Source of the DNA: an uncultured Candidatus Saccharibacteria bacterium
GTDB lineage: Bacteria; Patescibacteriota; JAQUNI01
Length of the DNA: 41,561 nucleotides
Assembly: GCA_964555185.1 (NCBI GenBank)
Contig: CAZKRD010000002.1
Coordinates: forward strand, 201,707-243,267
Reading direction: 5' to 3'
Both the position numbers and the translations under genes were made by a program. Under the pieces are notes generated by a model. That model searched no databases and had not been told where the DNA came from. It saw only the letters and a program-made list of their open reading frames with translations. This document shows, in pieces, positions 16,806 to 27,960 of this stretch. Position 1 is the first letter of the stretch; the number at the start of each line of letters is the position of its first letter.

Positions 16806-18581
16806 CTATTTTTCCCGGGCCAGGATTGCCAAGAAGGCTTCAGGCGGCATTTCTACTTGGCCAATTTTTTTCATCCTCTTTTTGCCTCTCTTTTGTTTTT
16901 CTAGAAGTTTATCCTTGCGCGTACGGTCACCGCCGTAAAGCTTGGCCGTAACATTTTTGCGAAAAGCCCTGACTGTTTCACGAGCAATAATTTTGCCGCC
17001 AATTGCCGCCTGGAGAGGGACTGGAAACATCTGGCGGTGGATAATTTTTTTGAGCTTCACGACCAAACTCCTGCCAATTGAATGTGCTTCGTCAGGATAA
17101 ACCAGGACGGATAAAGCATCAACTTTTTCTTGGGCAACTAGAATATCGAGCTTGATGATTTCTGCTTTTTTGAATCCAAGTATAGTGTAATTCAGAGAGG
17201 CAAAGCCGGAAGAGACACTCTTTAGTTGATCATAAAAATCCAGAATTATTTTGGCGAGCGGAATTTGGTAAGTTAAAAGGACCTGGTTTTGGGTTAGATA
17301 TTCTTGTTTTTTGTATTGCCCTCTTCTTTTTTGCAAGAGATCCATAATCGGTCCTAAGTATTTTGTTGGCGTGATTATTTCTACTTCTACATATGGTTCT
17401 TCAATTTTTTTGATTGTGTAGGGTTCCGGGAATTGGGCGGGGCTGGTTAAAATAATTTTTGAACCGTCTTGGAGTTCTATTCTGTAATTCACAGTCGGAG
17501 CGGTTAAAATAATGTTTAGGTCAAATTCTCTTTCAATCCGCTGGCGAATGATATCCATATGCAAGAGCCCTAAAAAACCGCAGCGAAAACCAAAACCAAG
17601 AGCTTCTGAACTAACCGGTTCGTAAATTAAAGAGGCGTCATTCAGTTTCAATTTTGAAAGGCCGTCTTTTAATTTATGATAATCATTGCTGTCTACGCAA
17701 AAAATCTGACTAAACACCATCGGCTTTATTTTTTTGTAACCAGGCAGCGCCTCAACTTTTGATTTGGAAATCGTGTCGCCAACCTGGCAGAAATTAACAT
17801 CTTTAAGTCCAGTCGCAATGTAGCCTATTTCACCGGCTGTAAGCGAGGGTTGTTTTACTCTCTTTGGTTTGAAATGACCGAGTTCAATCACCTCGACCAA
17901 AGCCCCGCTTCCGATTATCTTAATCTTTTCCCCTTTGTTAATGCTTCCGTCAACCACTCTGACGATCGCGATTACGGCTTGGTAAGGATCATAAAAAGAA
18001 TCAAAAATAAGGGCGCGCAGGGGCTTTTTCTGATCTCCTTTTGGTTTTGGAATAAAAGTTATGATCCGATCAATAATTTTCTCCACTCCCGCGCCGGTTT
18101 TGGCCGAGGCCTCTAAAATTTGAGAAAGCGGAATTTTTAAAAGCTCGGCTAAGTCTTTTTTTACTTTTTCTGTTTGAGCAGCAGCTAAATCAATTTTGTT
18201 CACAACCGGGATGATTTTAAGTCCCAAATCACGCGCTAAATTATAATTAGTCAGGGTCTGGGCTTGAATGCCTTGAGTTCCGTCCACCAAGAGAATCGCT
18301 CCCTCGCAAGCCTGAAGACTGCGAGAGACCTCATAACTGAAGTCAACATGACCCGGGGTGTCAATCAAATTAAAGACATAACCCTTCCATCTCATCCGTA
18401 CCGGTTGAAGTTTGATCGTGATTCCTCGTTCCCGCTCCAAGTCCATGGTATCTAAAGTTTGTTCTTTTAATTCCTTTGCCTCTATTGTTTTGGTCAATTC
18501 CAAAAAACGGTCCGCGAGTGTGGATTTTCCATGATCAATATGAGCGATGATGCAGAAATTACGAATTTTTCCCGGTTTCAT
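16806..18581 (-). CDS. lepA: Translation elongation factor 4 (LepA)
   Basis: IRNFCIIAHIDHGKSTLADR, ERERGITIK, GFRCGFLGLLH, KLYGGD.TRK.KLL.KQK.GKKRMK. Confidence 0.98.
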   Translation of the reverse strand: MKPGKIRNFCIIAHIDHGKSTLADRFLELTKTIEAKELKEQTLDTMDLERERGITIKLQPVRMRWKGYVFNLIDTPGHVDFSYEVSRSLQACEGAILLVDGTQGIQAQTLTNYNLARDLGLKIIPVVNKIDLAAAQTEKVKKDLAELLKIPLSQILEASAKTGAGVEKIIDRIITFIPKPKGDQKKPLRALIFDSFYDPYQAVIAIVRVVDGSINKGEKIKIIGSGALVEVIELGHFKPKRVKQPSLTAGEIGYIATGLKDVNFCQVGDTISKSKVEALPGYKKIKPMVFSQIFCVDSNDYHKLKDGLSKLKLNDASLIYEPVSSEALGFGFRCGFLGLLHMDIIRQRIEREFDLNIILTAPTVNYRIELQDGSKIILTSPAQFPEPYTIKKIEEPYVEVEIITPTKYLGPIMDLLQKRRGQYKKQEYLTQNQVLLTYQIPLAKIILDFYDQLKSVSSGFASLNYTILGFKKAEIIKLDILVAQEKVDALSVLVYPDEAHSIGRSLVVKLKKIIHRQMFPVPLQAAIGGKIIARETVRAFRKNVTAKLYGGDRTRKDKLLEKQKRGKKRMKKIGQVEMPPEAFLAILAREK

Positions 18582-18630
18582 TTAAAAAACAGTCCTTAAA
18601 AGACTGCAAATAAATTTTTCTCTCCAAGTC

Positions 18631-19473
18631 TTATCGAGACAGGGTGATCCCTTCCCGATCAAACTTTTCTTTTACATTCTTTAAAGCCAGGGATCTTATG
18701 CCCAAAACCTCGCCTTTTTGTTTTTGTTTGGTCCACCAAAAAAAGAATTTCAACAAAATATGACCCTTCTCGATTTTAACGATTCTAATTTCAGGGCTCG
18801 GGCCCTGTTTGATCCCCGGGGTTTGGGCTAAAGCTTCCAATCCTTTTTCTACCGCCCTCTTAATGCTGTTATCGTTTTTGATCGCTAAAACAAAGCCGCT
18901 CCGTTTTTTCAAATAAGTGTTCGGGCAAACTATTTTTTTGCTTAATATTTGTTGATTGGGAATAATCACATCATTACCGTCAAGGGTGCGGATAATTGTT
19001 GAGCGGGCGCTGATTTTTTTCACTTTGCCCGCAACAGAATCCACCTGGATCTGCTCGCCGATTTTAAAAGGTTTTTGGACGAGGATAATAATACCACTTA
19101 AGAAATTCTTGATTATATCCTGCAGGGCAAAACCTAAAATCAGACCGGTAAACCCCAGGGTCGCGACCAGACCCGTGAAATTGACTCCCAAGACAGTTAA
19201 GCTCAAAAGAATGCCAATGATAATTATTGCGATTCTTAGAGCATAATTGATTACGAATCTTTCTTGAACCGGGAGTCGGGTTTTACCTAAAAGTTTGTCC
19301 AAGAAAGATTTTGTGATCCGGGCAATCGTTAAAAAAATAACAAGAACAAAAATTGCTAAAATAACCAGAGGCAATTTATAAACAGTTATTTCCCAATAGT
19401 CTTTGAAACCTTGAATTAAGTTTACTAACATAGATTTATGATCTTTTACTGATTCGCTGTCTGATTTTTTCAA
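18631..19473 (-). CDS. mscS: Small-conductance mechanosensitive channel family protein
   Basis: Three TMs, GFALQDII.NF.SGI.IL..KPFKIG, T.IRTLDG..VIIPN. Confidence 0.88.
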   Translation of the reverse strand: MKKSDSESVKDHKSMLVNLIQGFKDYWEITVYKLPLVILAIFVLVIFLTIARITKSFLDKLLGKTRLPVQERFVINYALRIAIIIIGILLSLTVLGVNFTGLVATLGFTGLILGFALQDIIKNFLSGIIILVQKPFKIGEQIQVDSVAGKVKKISARSTIIRTLDGNDVIIPNQQILSKKIVCPNTYLKKRSGFVLAIKNDNSIKRAVEKGLEALAQTPGIKQGPSPEIRIVKIEKGHILLKFFFWWTKQKQKGEVLGIRSLALKNVKEKFDREGITLSR

Positions 19474-21034
19474 AAATTAATTTTGTCTCTGGACAGCGCA
19501 AGAGTATGGTTAAAAAGAGATAAAAGGAAATCCCGACCAGAAAGGCGCCAGCGGCCTGGACAAACACACCCCAAAATCTCTGCATATCAACCAAGGGCGC
19601 GATTAAATAGAGAGCATTATAGACAGCCAAGCCAGAAATAGCCGAAGCAACTATTACCTTTAAGATACACTTGATGATATAGCTGTCATTTAGGTCGGAA
19701 AACTTCAGTCTCAAGATAATAAGCAAGGCAAACATATTAAGAAAACTAGCGCAGGAGTAAGCAAGGGACAGTCCAGCCACGCCCAGTGTTTTGGATAGGA
19801 TAAGGGCCAAAATTACGTTCACAATCAAACTGGCTATGCTAATTATAACAGGGATTTTTGTATTGTGCAAAGCGTAAAAAGCGCGGGCTAAAAGTAAAAT
19901 TAGACTCTGGGCAAAAATAGAGATCGCGAAAAATCCCAAGGTACGGGCAGTGGCGATTGTTGCCGGCCAGCCAAATTCTCCCGTGCCCAAGACAATCCTC
20001 ACAATCTGCGCCCGGAGCAGAAGAAAAATTACACTGATCGGCACGGTTAAATAAATAATGTAGCAGAAAGCTTTACTGAAAGTTTGAACAAATTTTTTAG
20101 ATTTTTTTCTGTTATTGGCCTGGGCTAAATTGGGAAAGGTGGCAATTGCGATTGAGGTGCCAAAAAGGCCAATCGGTAAAAACTGAAGATTGTTAGCAAA
20201 ATAGTAAACCGAAACCGCGCCGACGCCGATCGTAAAAGCGATAATTTTATTGATCCAAAAACTCGCCTGCAGCGCAACCAAGCCAAAGGTGCGGGGAATG
20301 GCGAGTTTAATCACCCTCTTAGCTGATTCTGTCAGTTTGATTGTAGGCCGATACTTAAAACCGGCGCTTAAAAGGCAAGGCAACTGTATTATCCCATGGA
20401 GAAAAGCGCCAATAATCACGCCGACTGCCACGCCGTAGATGTTCCAGAAAGGACTCAAAATCAAAATTCCCAAAATAATGCCAATATTATAGAAAACCGG
20501 GGAAAGGGCAGGCGTTAAGAAATGTTTTAAACTCTGGAGGATGCCTGTTGAGAGAGCAGACAGACCCAGAAGTAAGGGTGAAATTAGCATCAAGCGCGTT
20601 AATTTGACAATCAGATTCAAATTTTCACGATCGTAATGCGTGCCCGAAACCTCGGAAATCCTGCCTAAAAGATTGACTATTTGAGGGGTAAAGATAAAAC
20701 AAATTATTACGATCGCGACAATAAAAAGTCCCAAACTATTTAATAAGCGGTTAGCCAAATCCCAGGCCTCTGTTTTGTTTTTGTGATAAATTTTTAAGAA
20801 AACTGGGATGAAAGCAACAGACAGAGCGCCGACAATAAACAGATTATAAACAAGATCAGGGAGTAAAAAAGAAATCTGGTAGCCGTCAATTAATGAACCA
20901 GTCCCAAAACGACCAGCCAAGAGGCGGTCGCGAAAAAGACCCAAAAGCCGGCTTAAAAGCGAGGTTGCGGCAAGAATCAAAGAAGCGGAAGCAATGTTGG
21001 AGCGGTGGTGAGTGAAGAAGTATTTAATGCGCAT
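19436..21034 (-). CDS. murJ: Lipid II flippase MurJ/MviN
   Basis: SRLLGLFRD, GALSVAFIPVF, PVFYN, QFLPIGLFG, RAFYA..NTKIP. Confidence 0.93.
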   Translation of the reverse strand: MRIKYFFTHHRSNIASASLILAATSLLSRLLGLFRDRLLAGRFGTGSLIDGYQISFLLPDLVYNLFIVGALSVAFIPVFLKIYHKNKTEAWDLANRLLNSLGLFIVAIVIICFIFTPQIVNLLGRISEVSGTHYDRENLNLIVKLTRLMLISPLLLGLSALSTGILQSLKHFLTPALSPVFYNIGIILGILILSPFWNIYGVAVGVIIGAFLHGIIQLPCLLSAGFKYRPTIKLTESAKRVIKLAIPRTFGLVALQASFWINKIIAFTIGVGAVSVYYFANNLQFLPIGLFGTSIAIATFPNLAQANNRKKSKKFVQTFSKAFCYIIYLTVPISVIFLLLRAQIVRIVLGTGEFGWPATIATARTLGFFAISIFAQSLILLLARAFYALHNTKIPVIISIASLIVNVILALILSKTLGVAGLSLAYSCASFLNMFALLIILRLKFSDLNDSYIIKCILKVIVASAISGLAVYNALYLIAPLVDMQRFWGVFVQAAGAFLVGISFYLFLTILLRCPETKLIFEKIRQRISKRS

Positions 21035-21072
21035 TTTAGCAGAATGGCTAAAATTAAAATAACCAATTTATT

Positions 21073-21223
21073 AATAACCAATCACCAAACAACAATAACC
21101 AAACAAATCTCAATAACCAATAATCAATAACCAAACGGTTTGGTTGCCTGCCTTGCCGGCAGGCAGGTTGGTGATTGGATAATTGGTTATTGTTTGTAAC
21201 TTGGTTATTGTTTCTTGGTTATT
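21073..21223. repeat. Composite palindromic element: AATAACC-heptad arms around a CCTGCCTTGCCGGCAGGCAGG core
   Basis: Left arm ends CAAACGGTTTGGTT as at 6713-6726; the right arm is the complementary GGTTATT heptad run. Confidence 0.85.
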
Positions 21224-21237
21224 AATACATTGGTTCA

Positions 21238-23748
21238 TTATTTTTTTTCAAGCGCTACTCCAAAATACTTATCCGTATCTAAAACTGTACTCCAGGTCAA
21301 ATTTCCCTCCTGATTTATCTGCACTTTTTCTGGATATTGCCAAATCGGTTTGAGTTTTGGCGGCAAATTGAGTTTGAAGTTAAACTCACTCCCGAAACTG
21401 CCTGCCTGTTTTTGAACCAGTAAGCTGTATTTATCAATCTCGTCAAGAATCCGGGATTCTACCTTGAAGGGCAATTGATACTTAAAGCTTACTGTTCTTT
21501 TCTCTTGCGGCTTGACTGAAATCCAATTACCAAAACAGGTTTTGCCAAATTCCCGCGTAATCACCGTGTTCGAATCCTGATCTATTTTGCTTGTTTCCCT
21601 AATTTCAGAAAGCAGAGGGTCTTTTTCATACTGCATCTCGGCATAGGTCAGAGGAGGGATATTGACTCGATCAAAACCGTGTGCTTCTAGCAGAGTGCTT
21701 CCCTCCGGCACGTAAAGCCGCAGATAGTTTATATTGTTAATGCTCGGCCATGCGTAATCGCCGGTGTGGTGGCGGGTAATCTTTATTTCATTCACGATCG
21801 AACCATCATCGGAAATAATAGTCTCCAGTTCAATCGTCTCTCGGATCATTCCATCGGTTTTACCGCCGTTGATGTTGCTGTTGACCACCGAAAAGTAATC
21901 AGCAGAAGCATTTTTGATCTCTCCGCCCCAACCCTGTTCCAAGACAAATTTTTCTAAATCCTCGTCAAAGAAATAAAAGAGCAAATTTTTCCTCTCAAGT
22001 TCTTTAGAGAATATACTCAAAAGAGAAAGCCATTGAGGCTTTTCCGTACTCAATGTCCGCTCCAGAATTTCCGGCGCAAGATCGCTTAAAAATTGTTTGG
22101 GACGATTTTCTTCTCGATCATACTCCAGCTCTACCTCTCGCTGGGCCTGGATTACAAAATTATCAGGATCAATCGTGGTTTCATACTTAGACATCTCAAT
22201 TGGATCAATCAGTTTAAGCAACTCCACAATCACTTCCGGGGTCAGAGCAATCACCCCGTCCACCGACGGTTTGCCTGCTCTTTCCAGAAACCAAGCCACT
22301 TTCCGGGCCGAGGCGGGAAAATCCGGGAACCAATTAGCATCGCGGGCATGCCAGCGGTCATTGGTAAAGCGGATCGGTTCCGGCGGCGTTATTTTAGAAA
22401 GTAATTGGCCGTCAACATTATAAATACCGTCAATCTCAAGATTCTTGATTTGTCCCTGATCCAAATCTAGGATTCCATAAGATCCGATAAAGCCGCCTGT
22501 TGCCCTTATTTCATTATTGTTTTGGAAAAGAAGCAAATATCTTTTTGGCTGATCATGGCCTAAAATTTTTAAAAAGTCTCCTGTGAAGGAAAATAGTTTA
22601 TGGAGACTCGCGTTGACCAGATTGATGTTCTCGCCCAAAAATTCAATTTTTTCTCTTGTCTCTTGATCCAGCTTCGAGCTGTCAATCTGATTAAGTTCAT
22701 TTTCAGCGCCTTCTAGGTTAGAAAGCGCGATCTCTAAGTTATTTTGGGATTCGACAATTGCTTCAGTTAAAGTCAGCTCCCGATCTTCCGAAGAAGAAAG
22801 AGGGTCATAAATCGGATCAATTTTAAGAAAAGGCTTAATCGTTAAAGCGAGGTATTCGCCGGTTAAAGCCAGATGCTCCCCTACCTTCAAAATCTTCGGC
22901 CCCTGTTTTAGTTTAGTGGACAGCGGCATAAACTCCATAATCTGCATCATCACCTTGCCTAAATTTTGGGTTTCCGAAAGAGCATAAGCAAAATCTCGGC
23001 TTGCTTGTGAAAAAGAAGAGGAAGCCAGGTCATAATCCTCCCGGCTTAAATAGTCCTGGGCATCGGTAAGTTTAGCATAAGCAGTGTTTGCTGTTTTTAA
23101 AACATCATCTTTTAAATGAAACGCTTTCTGGAAAAAAGCGGTCGTGGAAATTAAGCTGGAAAAAAACAGAGCAATCAAAACAAAAACAGCCAAAGACTTT
23201 TTGGCGGAAAAGACCGTCTTCGAAACAAAAGCAGGAGCAGGAAGGTTTCGTGGAAACAAGGCAAAAGGATCGTCTAAAACAAGTTTTTGGTTTATAGCCC
23301 TCAAGACGGTTTGTCTTTTTTTGCCCGCCTTCGCAGCCGCCAAGGGAGATCCTCGCCGCAGGCGGGAAGGCCACGGGCTTTGCCAAGTAAGGGCTCCACC
23401 CCTCCTTTTTTTTATTTTCTGGAAAAGACTCCAAAAGTCATTTCTTGGTTTTTTAATTTCAGCTTTTCTTTTAAGAGGCCTTGGGCCCTGATTAATTCTC
23501 TCCGAAATAGACTCTGGCTCTCTTTTTAGAGAAGATTCTTTTAAATTTACAAGATTGGGCAGACCCAAAACCCGTTCAGTTTTTTTTGCTTTGGGCTTTA
23601 AATTCAAAACATAAGGAGAGGCCTCCTCCTGCTTGTGATTATTTTTGAGGGGGGGTTTTAAAACCCGCAGATTCACAATCCAGCCGTCATCCAAAAGCAA
23701 ATCGTTCTCAAGATAACTTCTGTTTTGATTTTTATTTTCTCTTGGCAT
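21238..23748 (-). CDS. DUF4012 domain membrane-anchored protein
   Basis: YLLLFQNNNEIRATGGFIGS, RDANWFPDFP.SA, NINGGKTD, YLRLYVP.GS, QKQAG. Confidence 0.9.
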   Translation of the reverse strand: MPRENKNQNRSYLENDLLLDDGWIVNLRVLKPPLKNNHKQEEASPYVLNLKPKAKKTERVLGLPNLVNLKESSLKREPESISERINQGPRPLKRKAEIKKPRNDFWSLFQKIKKRRGGALTWQSPWPSRLRRGSPLAAAKAGKKRQTVLRAINQKLVLDDPFALFPRNLPAPAFVSKTVFSAKKSLAVFVLIALFFSSLISTTAFFQKAFHLKDDVLKTANTAYAKLTDAQDYLSREDYDLASSSFSQASRDFAYALSETQNLGKVMMQIMEFMPLSTKLKQGPKILKVGEHLALTGEYLALTIKPFLKIDPIYDPLSSSEDRELTLTEAIVESQNNLEIALSNLEGAENELNQIDSSKLDQETREKIEFLGENINLVNASLHKLFSFTGDFLKILGHDQPKRYLLLFQNNNEIRATGGFIGSYGILDLDQGQIKNLEIDGIYNVDGQLLSKITPPEPIRFTNDRWHARDANWFPDFPASARKVAWFLERAGKPSVDGVIALTPEVIVELLKLIDPIEMSKYETTIDPDNFVIQAQREVELEYDREENRPKQFLSDLAPEILERTLSTEKPQWLSLLSIFSKELERKNLLFYFFDEDLEKFVLEQGWGGEIKNASADYFSVVNSNINGGKTDGMIRETIELETIISDDGSIVNEIKITRHHTGDYAWPSINNINYLRLYVPEGSTLLEAHGFDRVNIPPLTYAEMQYEKDPLLSEIRETSKIDQDSNTVITREFGKTCFGNWISVKPQEKRTVSFKYQLPFKVESRILDEIDKYSLLVQKQAGSFGSEFNFKLNLPPKLKPIWQYPEKVQINQEGNLTWSTVLDTDKYFGVALEKK

Positions 23749-24862
23749 AGAAAATTCTCTGATAGAGATTAAGGGTTTTTTGCGCGCATTCTGACCAGGA
23801 AAAATTCTTTGTTCTTTGTAATCCCTTCGCGATTAAATCCTCTTGGAGCATTTTGTCAATTAGAATCTTGGTAATTTTTAGGGCAATGTCAGAAACCCGG
23901 TAAGGATTGAACAAGAGGGCGGCATTGCCTAAAACTTCAGGCAGAGAAGTGGTGTTAGAGGCGGCAACCGGTGTGCCGCAAGCCATTGCTTCCAAGGGAG
24001 GAAAGCCAAAACCTTCCCGAAAAGACGGTAAGACCAAGATAGAGGCGCTGTGATAAAACAAGACAAGTTCTTTTTTCGAAACAAATCCGGGCGTGAGGAT
24101 TCGATCTCTCAATTTCAATTTTTCAATCGTTTTGTTAATTTCAGGGTAGCGCGGGTCTTGATTGCCGATGATCACCAGTTTAACGTCCTGTCTGTATTTT
24201 TTTAAAACCAGGTCAAAAGCGCGGATTAAACCGACAATATTCTTGTGGTCCCTCAAGACCCCAACATATAAGATAAAGGGTTTATCAATTTTGTATTTAT
24301 TTTTTAGGGAGTTGATTTCGTCTTGCCGAGCTATCGGTTGAAAACAAGGATCAATCCCTTCGTAGACCACTTTGATTTTCTTCTCGTCTACTTTAAAATT
24401 TCGGAGCAGATCTTGCTTAGTATAATCAGAAACCGTGATGATCTGACCGGCGCGATTTAAGTTATGAGCGAGGGTCAGTTTATAGACCTCTCGTCTTAAA
24501 TGGGCGCTGATCCCTGACCCGGGGAAATATTTTTGGGTAATATCGTGAATCGTAATGATGTAATCCCGGTGATAAAGCAGGGGGGCGTTAAAATGCGGAA
24601 AATGGATCAAGTCTAAAGAGAAACGAGAGAAAACGCGCGGCAGTTTGATTTGTTCACGAAAAGTGTACCAGCTGACATCAACCCGCGTTTTCTTAATATG
24701 AGGAGAGGGAGGTTTGTATTTTGAGAATTCCGGCTCCAGCAGGAAAAGAAGGTAATCATTCTTCTTGTCTATTGTAAAAAGGTGATTAGTTAAATTACGG
24801 ATATAATTACCGATTCCGGTTTGTTTCCCTCCATACATTCTAGCGTCAATACCGATCAGCAT
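23732..24862 (-). CDS. Glycosyltransferase family 4
   Basis: IGIDAR...[22 protein letters not shown]. Confidence 0.93.
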   Translation of the reverse strand: MLIGIDARMYGGKQTGIGNYIRNLTNHLFTIDKKNDYLLFLLEPEFSKYKPPSPHIKKTRVDVSWYTFREQIKLPRVFSRFSLDLIHFPHFNAPLLYHRDYIITIHDITQKYFPGSGISAHLRREVYKLTLAHNLNRAGQIITVSDYTKQDLLRNFKVDEKKIKVVYEGIDPCFQPIARQDEINSLKNKYKIDKPFILYVGVLRDHKNIVGLIRAFDLVLKKYRQDVKLVIIGNQDPRYPEINKTIEKLKLRDRILTPGFVSKKELVLFYHSASILVLPSFREGFGFPPLEAMACGTPVAASNTTSLPEVLGNAALLFNPYRVSDIALKITKILIDKMLQEDLIAKGLQRTKNFSWSECAQKTLNLYQRIFYAKRK

Positions 24863-24913
24863 GAATTATAGGCCATGCCACCCTTTTTGGGTGGTCACCC
24901 AGTACGGGTGAAA

Positions 24914-26068
24914 TCATGAACCACGACTAACCTCCTCAAAAAGATTGAGGGTCTGTTTCGCGGTTTGCAGCCAATTAAATCTTTTCGCCCTTTCAATTCC
25001 TTTTTGAGCGATTGTTGTTCTTAATTTAAAATTAGTCAGCAGTTGAAATAGAGCTTCCGTGAGTTCGTTAATGTTATAAGGATCCACAAGCAAACCAGCA
25101 TCACCCACCACTTCCGGTAAAGAGGAGATATTGGAGCTTATCACCGGAGTCCCGGAAGCCATTGCTTCCAAAGGCGGGAAGCCAAAACCTTCATAAAACG
25201 AAGGATATACAAAAACCTCCGCTAACCTGTAGAGATACGGCTTATCCAAAGAATCTATAAATCCTGTAAATATTATATCACGATTGTAAGGAGAGTGACC
25301 AGCTAACTTATAAACATCCTGGTAGAGCCAGCCGGGCTTGCCCGCAATCACCAACTTGTAATCGGTATTTAGTCTCTGTTTCAATTGATTGAATGCCAGA
25401 ATCAAGCCCTCAAGATTCTTGCGCGGTTCAATTGTGCCGAGATAAAGAATAAATTTAGAAGGCAGATTATACTTTTTCTCGAAATCTGCTCTTGGAATCG
25501 GATCCTTGCCTCGCGGTTTAAATTGGTTTAAAACTCCGGAATAAATCACCTTTATTTGTTTCGGGTGTAGATTATAAAGCCGCAATAGGTCATTGCGGGT
25601 TGATTTGGACACGGCAATCACCCTGTTTGCTCTCCGTGCTTGTAGGCCGGGGAGGACAAATTTATGCCAAATCCTCCGCTTCAATGAAAAAAACTCGGGG
25701 TGGCGGTAAAACGACAAATCATGGAAGGTGATCACTTGTTTGCATGCTCGAGAGAGACTAGTGAAAATAATATTTGGACTGAAAAAAACATCTATCCCGC
25801 CTAACAATCGGTCAATTTTAGGGTGTTGATATAAAAGAAAAGAGGAATTTAATAATTTATTAGGATAAGAGAAGATTTGAATCTCTACGTTTTTAAAATG
25901 TTTTAATTTGTTAAAATTTAACTTTGGCGGGAAAAAAGAATTAACAAAAAGTTTGTATTGATTTTTCCGGTCTATAAAAAACAGGTGCTTTAAAAGATTG
26001 ACCGTATACTCTTCAACACCTGATTTTTCGCCGGTATTTATTGGCCGCAGATCAACTCCAATAACCAT
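24914..26068 (-). CDS. Glycosyltransferase family 4
   Basis: [30 protein letters not shown]. Confidence 0.93.
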   Translation of the reverse strand: MVIGVDLRPINTGEKSGVEEYTVNLLKHLFFIDRKNQYKLFVNSFFPPKLNFNKLKHFKNVEIQIFSYPNKLLNSSFLLYQHPKIDRLLGGIDVFFSPNIIFTSLSRACKQVITFHDLSFYRHPEFFSLKRRIWHKFVLPGLQARRANRVIAVSKSTRNDLLRLYNLHPKQIKVIYSGVLNQFKPRGKDPIPRADFEKKYNLPSKFILYLGTIEPRKNLEGLILAFNQLKQRLNTDYKLVIAGKPGWLYQDVYKLAGHSPYNRDIIFTGFIDSLDKPYLYRLAEVFVYPSFYEGFGFPPLEAMASGTPVISSNISSLPEVVGDAGLLVDPYNINELTEALFQLLTNFKLRTTIAQKGIERAKRFNWLQTAKQTLNLFEEVSRGS

Positions 26069-26671
26069 CTATTTTTTGAAATAACAAGAAATCAAAGCCA
26101 GGAAAATTCCCAAAAAAAGACCACCAAAAAATCCTGTCAGCAGTGAATAAAGGATGCTGATCCAGACCTGTTCGGGAGAACCGATATTAATGTCGGCCCG
26201 GAAAACAGGCTCGTTCTCTTCGTTTAAGTTCAGACTTACCACCCGGGACTGAATTTCCTCTTTGATAATTTTGCCCAATCCGATTGCTGTCTTTTGAGTG
26301 TTCGCCGTGATTTTAATCTCCAGGTTTTGGGACGAGAGCTTCCTTACTTTCAAAAACCGCGACAGACGAGGCAAATCATTTTGGTCAAATCTAGCTTCCA
26401 ATAAAATTTTCTTAGCAAAATTTTTACTCTCAAACCAACTGTTGATCGTATTGTTAATAAGATCTGATGACTGAATCACGTAATATTGATCGTATTGGTA
26501 GTCAGGAGTCGCTGCTTGGTTGATCCTCTTAACTTCTACGTCCAAATAAACTTCAAATTTAGGCGGCTGGAATAAAGCAAAAAACAAGGTCACGACAGCA
26601 ACTAGAACGGTTACCCCTAAAATTAGAGCTTTCTCCTGCCAAAGGATTTTCAAGAATTGTTTTAAAGTCAT
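26069..26671 (-). CDS. Wzz/CapA-like polysaccharide chain-length determinant
   Basis: N- and C-terminal TMs, Gly-rich last TM (GFFGGLFLG); inside the GT cluster. Confidence 0.7.
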   Translation of the reverse strand: MTLKQFLKILWQEKALILGVTVLVAVVTLFFALFQPPKFEVYLDVEVKRINQAATPDYQYDQYYVIQSSDLINNTINSWFESKNFAKKILLEARFDQNDLPRLSRFLKVRKLSSQNLEIKITANTQKTAIGLGKIIKEEIQSRVVSLNLNEENEPVFRADINIGSPEQVWISILYSLLTGFFGGLFLGIFLALISCYFKK

Positions 26672-26708
26672 AGTTTTGATTAGATTTAGACAAATAATCT
26701 AAGTTTTT

Positions 26709-27881
26709 TTATAGGGATAATGGTTTAACCTTGCCATTTTTTGTACTTTTTTGTTTTTTTAAGGCGCCGCTTTTAGTTTCTGGTTCGTATTGAGATCCAT
26801 TTAGAGATTTATTAATAAAATTTCTGATTTTGGCTTCAAAAATTTCACTATCAAACTGTAAAGCATAATTCCTGATTTCTTGCGGATCAAATTTGCTTTG
26901 ATCAAAATTCCTAACCGCCTCGGCTAGTTCGGTAAATGTCTGCTCTGAAAACAGGATTCCGGTCTTCTCTGGAATCACGGTTTCCAAGGCTCCGCCCCGG
27001 CCGTAAGCAATCACCGGTCTTCCCGAGGCCATACTCTCTAAAGCGGTAATCCCAAAGTCTTCTTCTTGCGGGAAAATAAAGGCCTTGGAGCGGGCATAAA
27101 GATTAGTTAGCTTCTGATCAGATACCCGGCCCAAAAATTCAATATTGGGCCGCGCTTTTCTTTTTAATGATTTTAATTCTGGGCCTGATCCAAAAATCTT
27201 CAAGGGCCAGCCCAAACGGTTAAAAACCTCGATCGCCAGATCGAATCTTTTATAGGCAACCAGTCTGCCGCCGGTTAAAAAGTAAGAGCCAATTTTTCTG
27301 GTGATTTGAAATTTCGCGGTATCAACCGGCGCATAAATTACTTCCGCCTCGCGCCGGTAATATTTTTTTATTTTTCCGGCAATGTTTTTTGAATTAGCAA
27401 TGAATTTATCTACTCGGTCCGCCGCAAGCCTGTCCCAAAGACGAATTTTGTGCAAAGAGTGGGGAATGAATTTTTTAACCACTTTATTGTATTTCAATTC
27501 TTCGGTGTAGCTGTGCGTATCACTCCACAAAAAACGGGTCGGCGTATGGCAGTAGCAAATGTGCAAGGTTTCAGCTTTAGTGATAATTCCTTTGGCAAAA
27601 GCAGAACTTGAAGAAAGCACTAAATCATAATCAAAAAGATTATACTTTTCGACAGCTAAGGGCATTAAAGGCAGATACCACTGATAACGTTTTAAGCCCC
27701 AAGGCATTTTTTGAATAAAAGAGGTTTGAATTTTTACTTTTTTAAATATCTGATTGGCTCGTTTCTGATCATAAACCAAAACAAAAATCGGAGCGTCAGG
27801 ATAAATCTTATGAAAGATAGCCAAAACCCGCTCTGCCCCGCCGTCTTGAGCCAAATGATCGTGAACAAGTGCGACTTTCAT
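26709..27881 (-). CDS. Glycosyltransferase family 4 (WbaZ-like)
   Basis: KVALVHD.L...GGAERV, CYCHTPTR, EEDFGI..LESMASG. Confidence 0.93.
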   Translation of the reverse strand: MKVALVHDHLAQDGGAERVLAIFHKIYPDAPIFVLVYDQKRANQIFKKVKIQTSFIQKMPWGLKRYQWYLPLMPLAVEKYNLFDYDLVLSSSSAFAKGIITKAETLHICYCHTPTRFLWSDTHSYTEELKYNKVVKKFIPHSLHKIRLWDRLAADRVDKFIANSKNIAGKIKKYYRREAEVIYAPVDTAKFQITRKIGSYFLTGGRLVAYKRFDLAIEVFNRLGWPLKIFGSGPELKSLKRKARPNIEFLGRVSDQKLTNLYARSKAFIFPQEEDFGITALESMASGRPVIAYGRGGALETVIPEKTGILFSEQTFTELAEAVRNFDQSKFDPQEIRNYALQFDSEIFEAKIRNFINKSLNGSQYEPETKSGALKKQKSTKNGKVKPLSL

Positions 27882-27914
27882 AATGGATAATTTGAACTAT
27901 TTATTCGATTTTCT

Positions 27915-27943
27915 ATTATAATAGAGTTAAAACCCTTTGTAAA
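27915..27943 (-). promoter_or_regulatory. sigma70 promoter for the GT operon
   Basis: TTTACA-17nt-TATAAT. Confidence 0.6.
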
Positions 27944-27960
27944 GCCAACAAACAGTGAAA

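Noticed and set aside
22093-23529. Cluster of overlapping short ORFs (and similar shadow ORFs across the window)
   Set aside because: All lie antisense or out of frame within well-supported genes and show no motifs or start signals.
24876-24912. Two small hairpins between GT4 genes
   Set aside because: Short stems, no U-tract and no second copy in the window; no role can be assigned.
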